A DNA stretch of 64,000 bases. It comes from Candidatus Falkowbacteria bacterium. GTDB lineage: Bacteria; Patescibacteriota; Patescibacteriia; CAIXNZ01. The notes under the pieces were generated by a model that saw nothing but the letters and a program-made list of their open reading frames with translations, ran no database searches and was not told where the DNA came from. Below are positions 56,501 to 64,000 of the stretch, piece by piece; the first letter of the stretch is position 1, and each line of letters opens with the position of its first letter. The position numbers were made by a program, and so were the translations under genes. The stretch covers positions 771-64,770 of the forward strand of contig CAVZGV010000003.1 of NCBI GenBank assembly GCA_963774955.1, read 5' to 3'.

Positions 56501-59500
56501 TATAACGAGGACACTGAGTCAAGCCTGGACGATGTGCAAATTCCGGCTGATAATTTAATCAGCGTGGTTTTGGATAGCAATTTTACCTGTAGTCCTGCCG
56601 TTAAAAGTTGTCAGAGACTGGGCGTGGCCCTTAATGCCAATACGGCCCAGCAAAGCTTTGCTGACATTTATTTACTAAATGATCCAGATAAATATATCAA
56701 TGTCCCCAACGCAATTTTATGTAATGATCCTGCTTATGGCTGCAGTGAATTGGTCAATGATCAGGGTATCAGTGAATATTATAAAATTGAGCCGAATAAA
56801 CTTTGTGCTTATTCCAAGGGCGAAGCCAATACTGGCAGGCCTGAAGGTTGGTATAAAAAGAACTCCAATTTCAGTTTAGGTTGCGGTTCCTTTGATATTT
56901 CCGAAAATCTTAAATTATCAGAAGCTGACTGTCAACTTAAAGGCGGACGGATTAGTACTAATTATAACCAATGCGTGGCTGTTTTATCAGGAGTCAGCAA
57001 GGTAGAAGATTGTACCAGAGTTAAAGGTGAATGGCTGGCCGGTGAAAAAATTTGTTTGGCTTGGCCTTTCAGTATTTATAAAACTTATGAAGCCAATAAA
57101 TTTCAGGGCTATATCGGCGAATGTGACTCGGCTTTTTCCGGCTGTAATGCTTTTACAGATATCAACCCCAATTTTATTTTTAATAGTAATTTTGAATCAG
57201 TCGGCGAAAACAACAGTGTTTCTGCCTGGCAGAGCCGTTTTACCAGTTCCGGCGGCAGGTTATTTGAAACTGCCAGCGCTCGGGCCGGCAATCAGTCAAT
57301 TAGATTGATCAAACGTACGGCTGCTGATTGTCCGGAGACTGCCACCGCGCCCGGCTGTACTGCCCAGCCTTATGCTTTAAATCAGCAAATCAGCAGATTG
57401 GAAAAGGGTAAAACTTATAAGATTAGTTTTTATTATCGTATGCCGTCTGATTCGAGCGGTCGAGGTGAAACTTGCGAAAAGCCGCAGGCAGCTATGACTT
57501 TTAATCCGTTAGGTTATTGTTTGAACAGTACTTATCAGACTGAAACCGCCTGCAGTACCGGCGGTTCCAGCTGGGTAGCCTTGCCCAAAGAGCAGCTTTA
57601 CGTATTTGAGCCTGAAAGCTCCTGGAAAAAAGTCGAAGCTTATTACACTGTGCCTTCCGGTCGTTGTGGTGATGAGATTCACACCAATCAAGCTGAGTGT
57701 AATGCTGCCAACCAAACCTGGACAGAATATAATTTCTTACTGGATTACGATCTTAGTTTATATGCGCCGTTAAACGGTTATTGTTTGGTCGGTAATAAAA
57801 AAGTGTATCAGGATTCAAGCTTAAACTGGATTTTAAATCAGTCTGCTTGTACTTCGTTAGGCGGTACTTGGCAGGGGAATTGTCCGGAATCATATGTCCT
57901 CTATGATTTGGTGGAAGTAAAAGAAGACAGCGAGGATAATTATTCGGTTATTGATGATGATGTTAACATTAACCGTTCCAGCTGTAATGGTGTGGTTAAT
58001 TGGGATAATGGCTGTGTACAATTTTTAAATAATAATTATGATTCCTTTGAGATCCTAAAAGTTCAGCGTGACAGAAAATGTGAACAATGGGCAGTCTGTG
58101 ACAGTAATTGCAGTGATCCCCAATATAAAATCAAGGAAGATTGCGAGAATAATCAGAAAATCTGGGATACTAATATCTGTACAGCCACTAATTTGTGCCA
58201 GGGTTCGGCCTCTGATGTCTGCACCACTTATGCTCCCAAAAAGGATAATGTGCGTTATGACCTGGCCGAACAGCCTTTGGAATTAAAACGAATTACCGAT
58301 TCTGCTTTGCATCAGGGTTATATTTACCGTTTTGGCACTGCGGCTCTTGATCGGCTGACCCAGTGGCGTGGCGGGGATTATTCCGGTTATTCTATACCTT
58401 ACCGCTATCCGCTAGAACAGGAATTGAATTTTGATTCAGTAGAGAAATTTGCCACCTATGATCAGATTAATGATTTGGATAATAAAGTGGATAAGGATAA
58501 ACGCTATCTTTTGCCGATCTGTAAAGTCTTCCCGGCTCAAGATTCACCTTTCCCGGCAGAAATGGCCAAGGTTCCCAAATATAAAAATTTACTGAATTTA
58601 TTCAGCCAGAGTTATGAAGTTACTGAACTGGGTAATTTGTGCTCTTATGAACGTGCGGATTTTTCCGGCATGACAGTATATCTGCCTATCTTGGACAGTC
58701 AGAAAGTAAAAAGAGTCTGTTCCAGTCCGGTTTCCAAGCGAGGGTTGGATTGTACTTATGGTGGCGAAGAGGTTTGTAAAATACCAGGCATGAAAAACAG
58801 TGATGTTAATCGTTGTGAGGATATCGAGGATATCAAACAATTTTATGGCATGGAAAACATGTGTCTGGAATTTGACCGTTTAAATCCGCTTTACGGAGAT
58901 ATTTATAAAAATATTTACAATACAGGAATTTATCAGCCATATGCCTGTCTGACATCTTATCCGTTTGGTTCTGATTTATGCCCGATGCATAATTCTCCTT
59001 CAACCTGCCAGACTAATGTTTTCTGCCTTTGGGATACTGATAATGACAAATGTATTTTGAATTTTGCCAGGTTGAAGCCGGTTTTATCCGAAGTTACTGG
59101 TGTGGCTAATGAAATTGCTGATGATTCTCCCAATTATATATTTTTCTCAACTGAAGATGGCAGGCTGAGTCTGGACGGTAAATGTTGTACAGACCAAACT
59201 AGGGCTGTTGCCGGCAATAATACAATTGCCTTGGGTGAAAAGGTAGATCAGGGTGATAATACTTATACTTGCCAGCCAATGTCACTGGGCTCCTATGATG
59301 ACTGCAGGGTAAAAGTGACTGATGTCACAGGCCAGATCAGTGATCCGCTTCAGATTTCGCCTTTTGAAGTGGTCATGTTGTCTGAAGTTAGTCCTGTACC
59401 CGCAGTGCTTAGTGTTGATTACGCTAATTACGTTTTTGCTTCAATGATTTCAGGCCCGATTACTTATCCGGGGGATTGTAGCAGTCCGACCCTTACTGCC

Positions 59501-60226
59501 AACAGCGGTATTAATACTATAGAATTTAAGAATTTGACTGCTGATTTTCATAATAACTGTGTAATTCTAATTACAGATAATAGCGGTAGTGTTCCGGTTG
59601 ACTATACTTTGCTTGTTAGCCCATTTACAGTCGGGGCGATTGAAGAGGTTACTCCGGTATTTACTCCTTCTACCAACCAAACACCGAGTTATACTTTCAA
59701 ATCTCATGTTATGGGAACCATTGCTTATGAGGGTGATTGTACCAATAGCAGTGTCAAGACGGTTACAGCAGAAATGGTCGGCAATGATATTACGCTTGCC
59801 TTCAATAAAATGAGCTTTGGTGTTCACAGTAACTGTAAAATAAAAGTAACCTCGGCCTCGACGCCACCGGTAACATTAACCTTAGCGGTTACGAGTTTTG
59901 AGATTAAAGATATTATGGAAATTCAGGGTATGCCCAACCCGGCCTATCAGCCTACTAGCGTCTATGTTTATAAGTTTCGCTCTGCTTTACCTGGCACAAT
60001 CTCAGTTGTCGGCCCCTGTTTCGCTTCTACCAGTATTGTTATCAAACTAGACGGAATCAATCAGAATTATTCGTTAGACTTTAAAAATTTAGATCCAGGT
60101 ACATACGGTCCGACTCAAGACGCCGCCCATAAATGTCAGGTCAAAGTCACTGATCCATCGGCAGTCGTGCATACGCTTGATGTTTCCGCTTTTCAGGTAT
60201 TTACCGCCCCAGCCTTAGGCGTCTAG
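50525..60226 (+). CDS. Giant surface protein I (3233 aa). It has an N-terminal signal-anchor and a very large Cys-rich ectodomain with at least 3 CBM4/9-like domains, recurring C-x(3-4)-GG[ST]W-x(3)-C mini-motifs and five tandem ~88-aa Ig-like repeats at the C-terminus.
   Basis: Intact 9.7-kb ORF. TM ISIFVLGLVLTFICGVVFFLP. CBM-like NLVPDSSFEYTKANSFPANWE (~53700), FDTFEDTDSLDWYSGE...VYTLSFWGK (~55830-56270), FNSNFESVGENNSVSAWQS...KTYKISFYYR (~57180-57650). Ig-like repeats at 59100-60220, each with GDC...NC.I.VTD. Confidence 0.8.
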   Translation: MSKSAETKYSQTTISIFVLGLVLTFICGVVFFLPQPVLAVPVIPATGTMPSTDTFLNLTQANYSVSEAAKFTFLQSLDETTAYFFNTALASVLNDIARQSATWIATGGAGQKPQFLTDPHYWAKTYDAQLGGLIQTALQRWLPFNICDFDPKLAINLTLSNPFTLPPESEGQVPGNPGKTCSWTELRDKWTAFFADPLKTFQFNLSQGSGSLGSRTTDLNTMVLDNSILGKWDQRFCNSSQPAPVTACDNKSFVSADYCPAVSPGGTQVLTTLYATPLTTQDIICTQEKEIQKFLGEYVKNINDLMEALRFDLDFAVNCKQTAAGISGQMKIWKLLQEKGLSETYSITSFDCSLNEFGEEQVAEVGRAYQQVIELFRGTENEGIKFNMSNLRKCAYGNYDKLATCPAISGAGTSSQWKTLVEQLGIKPWDDIDLAPIQLAYAEQFEKDFCAVASNQAAYCPPSPADTNSLDNIKTVQIPNYVEGRYKSIYYTQVKEKTDYVIKIIETMDSYYGEISREVAKNFAPSNWADAAAYDAGMAKEYFSDVKETQTLDYVTKTIANQGIGGYVSSLLQSGLDNGWVGQTETISGKRKSPPSLVENQAKESMTTTYKEQVKSYTKNVLADAWAIFQATLFDELTKNLLANLFSSKTQSQARNQANVVKKSATEVLPIKTLSPYEQEINTAEGFADYAQKTVEKYAAKIASGADLNLLLDFQMTTANTANPNLYNGVIDKNFVQAINQKMTIGEAMADGKLVANRKFSWDGELADNTYSLDNIKKLRKARVVPLGLELAIELIRDCKYRQGLGLGDFSDINFNGGNPDGFNDPLQPFKTQRLQNCIFRIPNSVETEQLAKDYNSQKLNQVIEANLDDVVNGFNQVGSGICGDFDFGESPFCNLVDPNWVLKIPPTRCGLKSDTPLWGEVIQSNESGQRYDYCPDFMSCLEEDGKGGCINDRYGYCVKEQNLWQFGSGYCPAAFTSCKNYTLVTSAGDLPVSYLKNTLSGNDICGPNNAGCLWYSSKYAGGFWNSDQRIYLNRYVASCDRTAAGCTAMSLYRDPANNLVPDSSFEYTKANSFPANWELYLKQDITAQASPTCAGTNYASCSNYNYALLPATTQTDVTINQLACLDNGGTWENICSDTTKVTEQECTDAGGVWGNRCSNASKIVDLADLAGEKTDCIAREGTFKQYCLTSILKYDLCSNPQFNDIEGGDSAQVQCEGHGGTWKTECQTEAGIIPELSASGMQADCQSVLNGGSWREYCQGALLYGSSRDQCLKLQGEWRGYGPFSDVAKVNSDAILTLDGANKLEIDISGLTADQQLQLMYRSQFQELNKSLTKAGDVYTATAYLRASHSLYQPITFSLSKTPPTELNSQNVVLYDNNIQASSTLVTTTSGTELDLTITLPGNEGAGSKIYLDAVDLYLNTVDQVTNNDFVRLSSNYDNNSKVYYKIPPQSLACRGYGPGDPPPVLKGLTNSTMCNGYWDESGIFTGIKNICYKYGPDNDACNDYTKVCEAEEVGCQLYNPQNNDPEVPGVIATTDFCPAECVGYNTYTQEPTLYDPKPEPLYNYFIPQTASACSVDQVGCTQFTNLDAATIGGETVQYFTYLKQCIKPNLGLGEKFFYSWPGLDRPLDPSQIIKYEFQADSNGAPKLFDDLTYTDDLQKDCRSSLGSADLYCVKFYDDNGIIYYRDIRRVISVSANCHPYLKSLQANASAERLIIEQKNCTITNGRWQAVGGQDGCVYDAIPNEGLQCQAANNGCRAYIGNRGNNVYVTLFDTFEDTDSLDWYSGETGLTTSGLTRSGESVAVGGHSMQVAAGVSIIHNYIDIEKGEVYTLSFWGKTSDPAGNVLEIKFSGAPADQAFATIVSQKVRLTSDWKNYIIGPVNITWDGLENNSLIFNGINGQINLDNILLRVVRDNVYVVKDSWVTPTSCDRNIYGRIEPQNPHPMLGCQAYADPYSRIYNLKSFSSLCRNSVVGCELLFDTKNSQNPNSQKYNEDTESSLDDVQIPADNLISVVLDSNFTCSPAVKSCQRLGVALNANTAQQSFADIYLLNDPDKYINVPNAILCNDPAYGCSELVNDQGISEYYKIEPNKLCAYSKGEANTGRPEGWYKKNSNFSLGCGSFDISENLKLSEADCQLKGGRISTNYNQCVAVLSGVSKVEDCTRVKGEWLAGEKICLAWPFSIYKTYEANKFQGYIGECDSAFSGCNAFTDINPNFIFNSNFESVGENNSVSAWQSRFTSSGGRLFETASARAGNQSIRLIKRTAADCPETATAPGCTAQPYALNQQISRLEKGKTYKISFYYRMPSDSSGRGETCEKPQAAMTFNPLGYCLNSTYQTETACSTGGSSWVALPKEQLYVFEPESSWKKVEAYYTVPSGRCGDEIHTNQAECNAANQTWTEYNFLLDYDLSLYAPLNGYCLVGNKKVYQDSSLNWILNQSACTSLGGTWQGNCPESYVLYDLVEVKEDSEDNYSVIDDDVNINRSSCNGVVNWDNGCVQFLNNNYDSFEILKVQRDRKCEQWAVCDSNCSDPQYKIKEDCENNQKIWDTNICTATNLCQGSASDVCTTYAPKKDNVRYDLAEQPLELKRITDSALHQGYIYRFGTAALDRLTQWRGGDYSGYSIPYRYPLEQELNFDSVEKFATYDQINDLDNKVDKDKRYLLPICKVFPAQDSPFPAEMAKVPKYKNLLNLFSQSYEVTELGNLCSYERADFSGMTVYLPILDSQKVKRVCSSPVSKRGLDCTYGGEEVCKIPGMKNSDVNRCEDIEDIKQFYGMENMCLEFDRLNPLYGDIYKNIYNTGIYQPYACLTSYPFGSDLCPMHNSPSTCQTNVFCLWDTDNDKCILNFARLKPVLSEVTGVANEIADDSPNYIFFSTEDGRLSLDGKCCTDQTRAVAGNNTIALGEKVDQGDNTYTCQPMSLGSYDDCRVKVTDVTGQISDPLQISPFEVVMLSEVSPVPAVLSVDYANYVFASMISGPITYPGDCSSPTLTANSGINTIEFKNLTADFHNNCVILITDNSGSVPVDYTLLVSPFTVGAIEEVTPVFTPSTNQTPSYTFKSHVMGTIAYEGDCTNSSVKTVTAEMVGNDITLAFNKMSFGVHSNCKIKVTSASTPPVTLTLAVTSFEIKDIMEIQGMPNPAYQPTSVYVYKFRSALPGTISVVGPCFASTSIVIKLDGINQNYSLDFKNLDPGTYGPTQDAAHKCQVKVTDPSAVVHTLDVSAFQVFTAPALGV
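59100..60220 (+). repeat. Five tandem Ig-like coding repeats (~255-270 nt each) at the C-terminus of protein I.
   Basis: Repeated units ...ISPFEVVMLSEVSPVPAVLSVDYANYVFASMISGPITYPGDCSSP...NNCVILITDNSGS.. / ..VSPFTVGAIEEVTPVFTPS...GDCTNSS...SNCKIKVTSAS.. / ..VTSFEIKDIMEIQGMP...GPCFAS...HKCQVKVTDPS... Confidence 0.65.
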
Positions 60227-60341
60227 ACCAAGCCCAACTTTATAACCTTATTCTAAAATTAACATATGGGACTCAAATTCCGGAATAAAATTAAAAAAAC
60301 ATCTGCGAATCTCGGCTTTTGTCTTTGTATTTTTCGGTAGC

Positions 60342-63300
60342 TTGTTTTTAGTAAATAATGCTTTAGCCGCTCCATGTGTATTACCTAATAAATGTTTGGG
60401 AATTTGTCCAAGTGGTTCAACCCCATTAACAACCCAGACTTGTACAGCACCAGAAGGAAGCATGGATGTAGCAAGTTGTTGTCCACCAGTGGCTTGTCCT
60501 ACAGCTCAAGGTTATTCTTGCAAGGCTTCGACTACCTGTTCTGATTTAACCAAGTTTGATGTCTTGAATCCGACTGACTGTGAAAATACCGCTGGTAATA
60601 TTTGCTGTAAGGAAAAAGTTGCGTCAGATGGCGCTGCCTGTCAATCTTCGACTGATGCTACTAAAACTGGTAAATGCCAGGCGATCGCTTGCACGTCAGC
60701 TAATCCAGAAATTAAACCTGTAAAAACAGCTTGTCCTACGGGTAACTTTTGTTGTACTACGGCAGCTGCTGCTACCCAGGCAACCTGTAAAGATGCGGGT
60801 GGCACCTGTAAGGATAAAGATGCAACTTCCGGTAAATGTCCGGGAGAGGAACAGCTAATTGCAACGCAGAAAACCTGTAAGGAGTCTGGTGATGGTAAAG
60901 ACAATCAGATTTGTTGTAAAGCTGCGGCGTCTACTGCCGGTGATCAGTCTGGTGCAGGCGGGGGAGATAGCGGTGGTGGCTCTGATCCGTTTACCAGAAT
61001 TTTTAATATTTTCATTGCTTGTCTGACTTACAGTATTTCGTTGCTGATTCATTTGGCCGCCTGGTTAGCCGGTCAGATCGTCGTGCTTTTAATGGAAGTT
61101 TTGGTTTTTATTTCCGGTTATAACAGTTTTATCAGAAATTCCTATGTCAGCGAAGGCTGGCGCATCTTGCGCGATCTGGTCAATATGTTTTTCGTGCTGG
61201 GTATGCTTTTTATCGCCTTTGCTACGGTTTTAAAAATTGAAAAATATTCCTGGAATAAGCTTTTAGGCAAATTACTGATGATGGCGGTTTTGGTTAATTT
61301 CAGCAAAACAATCTGCGGTCTTATAATCGATTTTTTTCAGGTGTTATTAATGACTTTTGCCAATGCGTATAAAGATATCACTGCCGGTAATATTTTTTCC
61401 GGTTTGGGTATGGTGGATTGGTTCAAAGTCCAGTCTCAGGCTGTGGCCGGAAATGTTTCAGCCGGTGTCCAGCTGGGCATGATTGCTTCCGCCTTTTTGG
61501 GACTTATTCTGGCCATTGTGTCCATGATTGTCATTTTTATATTCTGCGTGATTCTGATCGTCAGGATTGTCGGTTTGTGGGTTTTGGTGACATTTTCACC
61601 CCTGGCGTTTTTTGCCTATACTTTTGAAGGCACTAAAGGACTGGGGACTATTTCTTCCACCTGGTGGAAAGAATTTTTGGAATATTGTATGGTCGGCCCG
61701 TTTGTGGGTTTTATTTTATGGATTTCCGTGGCAACACTGCCCAAGCTTGATGTTAACCAGATGATACCCGGTAGCTGGTATGATACCAGTAAAAGAGAAG
61801 GCTTACAGGTGACTTTTTCCGAAGCCGGCAGTATGGATAGGATTTTAAAGTATATGATGTCTATAGTCACCATGATTGTCGGGCTGGGTTATGCCAAGAA
61901 ATTCAGTATTATCGGCGCCAGTGCTTTATCAGGCGTAGCTGAAAAATTCAAAGATCAGACAGTGGGCCGGGCTCAGCGTTTTGGCAAGTCAGCTGGAGAG
62001 ACGGCCATGGCTCCGGTAAAAGGTGCCATGAAAGGTGTCGGTGATGCTATGCGTGATAATAAATATTTAAGGTATATGACCACTGAAGGCCGTAAAGAAG
62101 CAGCTCAGGTTCATGAGGCAAATGCGCGCGGTAAATTCGGTCCGCGGACAGGTGAGAAGGAAAGAATGATGCGGCAGATTACTGAGGCGGATGTGAAAAG
62201 ACTGGATGCGCAACAAGCATTTGTCAATCCCAACGCGTTTAACGGGAAATTAAAAGAAGCTTTTGACAAAGGCGATTACAGAAATGCCAGAGCCTTGATG
62301 AATGAAGGCGCCAAAAAAGGCTGGATCGGCACAAATGATATTGATACATTTAAGGATAAATTCCGCGATAAAATGGGTGACAAGGCACACTTTGAATTTA
62401 CTGAGCAATTAGGCAAAGATTTCAAAGAGGCAACCGGCAGACATTTGCGCACTAATGACGAATATATTTCACCTGAAGGTAAGGTCATGAAAAAATCAGA
62501 TTCAGTGGAAAAAGAATACAAAGATGCAGTCGGCAGAATGAGCGCCAGTCAGCAAAGCGATATGGCGGAGAATTCTAAAGTATTTAAAAATGAAAATGGT
62601 AATAATAAATATTGGAAAGAAGATATCCTTGCTTTTACCGGCAATGAAATGAATTCCGGCCGTTGGACTCAGAAAGCCAGAAATAATATGCGCGACGGTA
62701 TTGATGAAATCAGAAAAGATCCCAACAAGATGAAAGAATTCACTAAGGATCAGCTCCAAGATCTTAATGTTTTGTATGAAGCGGCAACCGCAGAGTACGA
62801 GGGTCTTAACCGCTCTAAGGATGCAGCTGGCAATAAGTCTCAAGGTAAGGTGGCCTTTAATCATCAAGATTTAATAAATGATCCAAGCCGCGGTATTGAT
62901 TTGACAACTGCTGGCACAAACGGCGCAACTGCAGTCTCAGATGATGACATTGATCATTTAAAACCCAAAGAAGATGAAGGGGCGCCATTATTACCGACAA
63001 GAATTCCAGGAGCGCCTCAAGCGCCAGCTTCCAGGATTTTTGATGTTTTAGGAAAGAAAACGAGTGACAGACTTCTGGCTGCTACGGGTAAACCCGTTAC
63101 CAGAACAGCTGAAGCTGCTAGTCGTTTTGGCAGGCAAGTAATTCAATTTGCTAAGAAAAAGCCGTTCAAAACAGGAGAGGAAGGGTCTTATGTTCCTCCA
63201 GAAGCCAAGAAAATTGGCGGTACCGAAGGCATTAGCGATGTTGATGTTAATACAATTATTGATGAACAAGGCAGGGATGGTGTTTTACAATTTGAAGATA

Positions 63301-63872
63301 AACAAGGCAATTCAAGAATGACAGCTGCTGGAACTTTTTCCGCTCAAAATAGAGAAATCGCCATAAAGGCATTAACTAAAGAGTTGACAGATAAAGGTGT
63401 CAGAGCAGATGCAGCAAGTAATAAAGCCGGACAAATGGTCAGGTTTAAGGAAGATGAATATAAACATCAACAAGGTGTTCAAAATGTGCATGAGAATGTA
63501 CTTGTAAATATCGATTTAGCCGGAGGCAATTCTCCAGCGAGTATTAATGATCTTAATCAACAGGCTAAATTCGTTTATGGAGATACTGATAAGGAAAGAG
63601 CAGTAAAAGCGGCCAATGTTAATCAGTCTGATATATCTAAAGCAATTCATGAAGTCAGCAGCGCCTTTGATAAATACCAGTCTGAATTAACTAAACGTGG
63701 AGTAGAAATGGATCAAGCTGCAGCTGCCCAGGTCCAGGCTGCTTTAGCTGATATGAGAAATCAAAGTCGAACTACGAAAAATTTATCCGGTCAAGAAAAG
63801 ATGACCATGGTTGATAATCTTACAATTACGGTTGCGGCAATGCAGGATGGCATTTTATTAAAGAAAAAATAA
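60342..63872 (+). CDS. VirB6/TrbL-like polytopic membrane protein J (1176 aa ORF). The true start is probably the ATG at 60266, giving a complete signal peptide if the A7 run is read as A6. It has an N-terminal Cys-rich extracytoplasmic domain, a Gly/Ser linker, a ~450-aa core with 5-6 TM helices, and a ~600-aa hydrophilic K/E/D-rich C-terminal domain.
   Basis: TM helices IFNIFIACLTYSISLLIHLAAWLAGQIVVLL, MFFVLGMLFIAFATVL, LLGKLLMMAVLVNFSKTICGLIIDFF, LGMIASAFLGLILAIVSMIVIFIFCVILIVRIVGLWVLVTF, FLEYCMVGPFVGFILWISVATL. This layout resembles TrbL/VirB6-family proteins with extended C-termini. The upstream ATG at 60266 is in the +1 frame and encodes MGLKFRNKIKK, which joins onto HLRISAFVFVFFGSLFLVNNALA|AP. 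Confidence 0.6.
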   Translation: MFLVNNALAAPCVLPNKCLGICPSGSTPLTTQTCTAPEGSMDVASCCPPVACPTAQGYSCKASTTCSDLTKFDVLNPTDCENTAGNICCKEKVASDGAACQSSTDATKTGKCQAIACTSANPEIKPVKTACPTGNFCCTTAAAATQATCKDAGGTCKDKDATSGKCPGEEQLIATQKTCKESGDGKDNQICCKAAASTAGDQSGAGGGDSGGGSDPFTRIFNIFIACLTYSISLLIHLAAWLAGQIVVLLMEVLVFISGYNSFIRNSYVSEGWRILRDLVNMFFVLGMLFIAFATVLKIEKYSWNKLLGKLLMMAVLVNFSKTICGLIIDFFQVLLMTFANAYKDITAGNIFSGLGMVDWFKVQSQAVAGNVSAGVQLGMIASAFLGLILAIVSMIVIFIFCVILIVRIVGLWVLVTFSPLAFFAYTFEGTKGLGTISSTWWKEFLEYCMVGPFVGFILWISVATLPKLDVNQMIPGSWYDTSKREGLQVTFSEAGSMDRILKYMMSIVTMIVGLGYAKKFSIIGASALSGVAEKFKDQTVGRAQRFGKSAGETAMAPVKGAMKGVGDAMRDNKYLRYMTTEGRKEAAQVHEANARGKFGPRTGEKERMMRQITEADVKRLDAQQAFVNPNAFNGKLKEAFDKGDYRNARALMNEGAKKGWIGTNDIDTFKDKFRDKMGDKAHFEFTEQLGKDFKEATGRHLRTNDEYISPEGKVMKKSDSVEKEYKDAVGRMSASQQSDMAENSKVFKNENGNNKYWKEDILAFTGNEMNSGRWTQKARNNMRDGIDEIRKDPNKMKEFTKDQLQDLNVLYEAATAEYEGLNRSKDAAGNKSQGKVAFNHQDLINDPSRGIDLTTAGTNGATAVSDDDIDHLKPKEDEGAPLLPTRIPGAPQAPASRIFDVLGKKTSDRLLAATGKPVTRTAEAASRFGRQVIQFAKKKPFKTGEEGSYVPPEAKKIGGTEGISDVDVNTIIDEQGRDGVLQFEDKQGNSRMTAAGTFSAQNREIAIKALTKELTDKGVRADAASNKAGQMVRFKEDEYKHQQGVQNVHENVLVNIDLAGGNSPASINDLNQQAKFVYGDTDKERAVKAANVNQSDISKAIHEVSSAFDKYQSELTKRGVEMDQAAAAQVQAALADMRNQSRTTKNLSGQEKMTMVDNLTITVAAMQDGILLKKK

Positions 63873-64000
63873 AAATAAATTAATTAATCATCAAGTGTTA
63901 TGGCAGAATTAAGTACAATTTTAGCGCAATTAAATATTTCAGATAAAATTAAGGAATTGACAAATAAATTTCAGATTGACCCGTCTAAACTGGATGTTGT

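Overview
The 64-kb window is AT-rich (GC in the high 30s % by eye) and densely coded, almost all on the + strand. Gene content looks like a Candidate Phyla Radiation (Patescibacteria-type) bacterium: reduced housekeeping set (der, hisS, lepB, rpsU, ybeY, dgkA, ftsA, ftsZ, nrdR-nrdD-nrdG, prfB, rsmA, htrA), a type IV prepilin, and a small polyprenyl-P-sugar glycosylation cassette. An intact RF2 (SPF and GGQ motifs) and UGA-terminated long ORFs indicate the standard code 11, not code 25.

More than half the window (about 5.0-32.4 kb and 50.5-63.9 kb) is an island of giant secreted or membrane-anchored, cysteine-rich proteins of 825, 836, 862, 1176, 1436, 1797, 3077 and 3233 aa. They are built from LamG/ConA-like lectin domains, IPT/TIG-like and Ig-like repeats, CBM4/9-like domains, DUF1566 (Lcl-like) domains and Myxococcus-type CxxCGxG...ECDDG cysteine repeats.

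The most interesting pattern is a shared N-terminal module on three of these proteins (two near-identical paralogs plus the 3077-aa protein). It is a signal peptide, then a two-helix hydrophobic hairpin with a short charged loop, then a Gly- or Pro/Gly-rich linker, then the ectodomain. I read this as a VirB2/TrbC-type (conjugative T4SS) pilin fold. The last gene in the window has a VirB6/TrbL-like polytopic core. Together these suggest a T4SS-derived 'megapilin' surface-adhesin system; this is inference only.

Other points of note:
- A segmental duplication (hisS-3' / yqeY / pilin-adhesin unit) gave mosaic paralogs that differ by a LamG cassette.
- The 3077-aa and 1436-aa ORFs look like one ~4500-aa gene cut by a single frameshift.
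- nrdD appears split, with its glycyl-radical domain on a separate mini-ORF.
- Tandem palindromic NrdR-box-like operator sites overlap the nrdR promoter.
- Three paralogous small TM proteins carry Asn-rich repeats and bacterial TSP3-type Ca-binding motifs next to the giant genes.
- Homopolymer-type frameshifts are concentrated in essential genes (der, LCP, lepB, hisS, ftsA, ftsZ), while ~30 kb of giant ORFs has only one or two.
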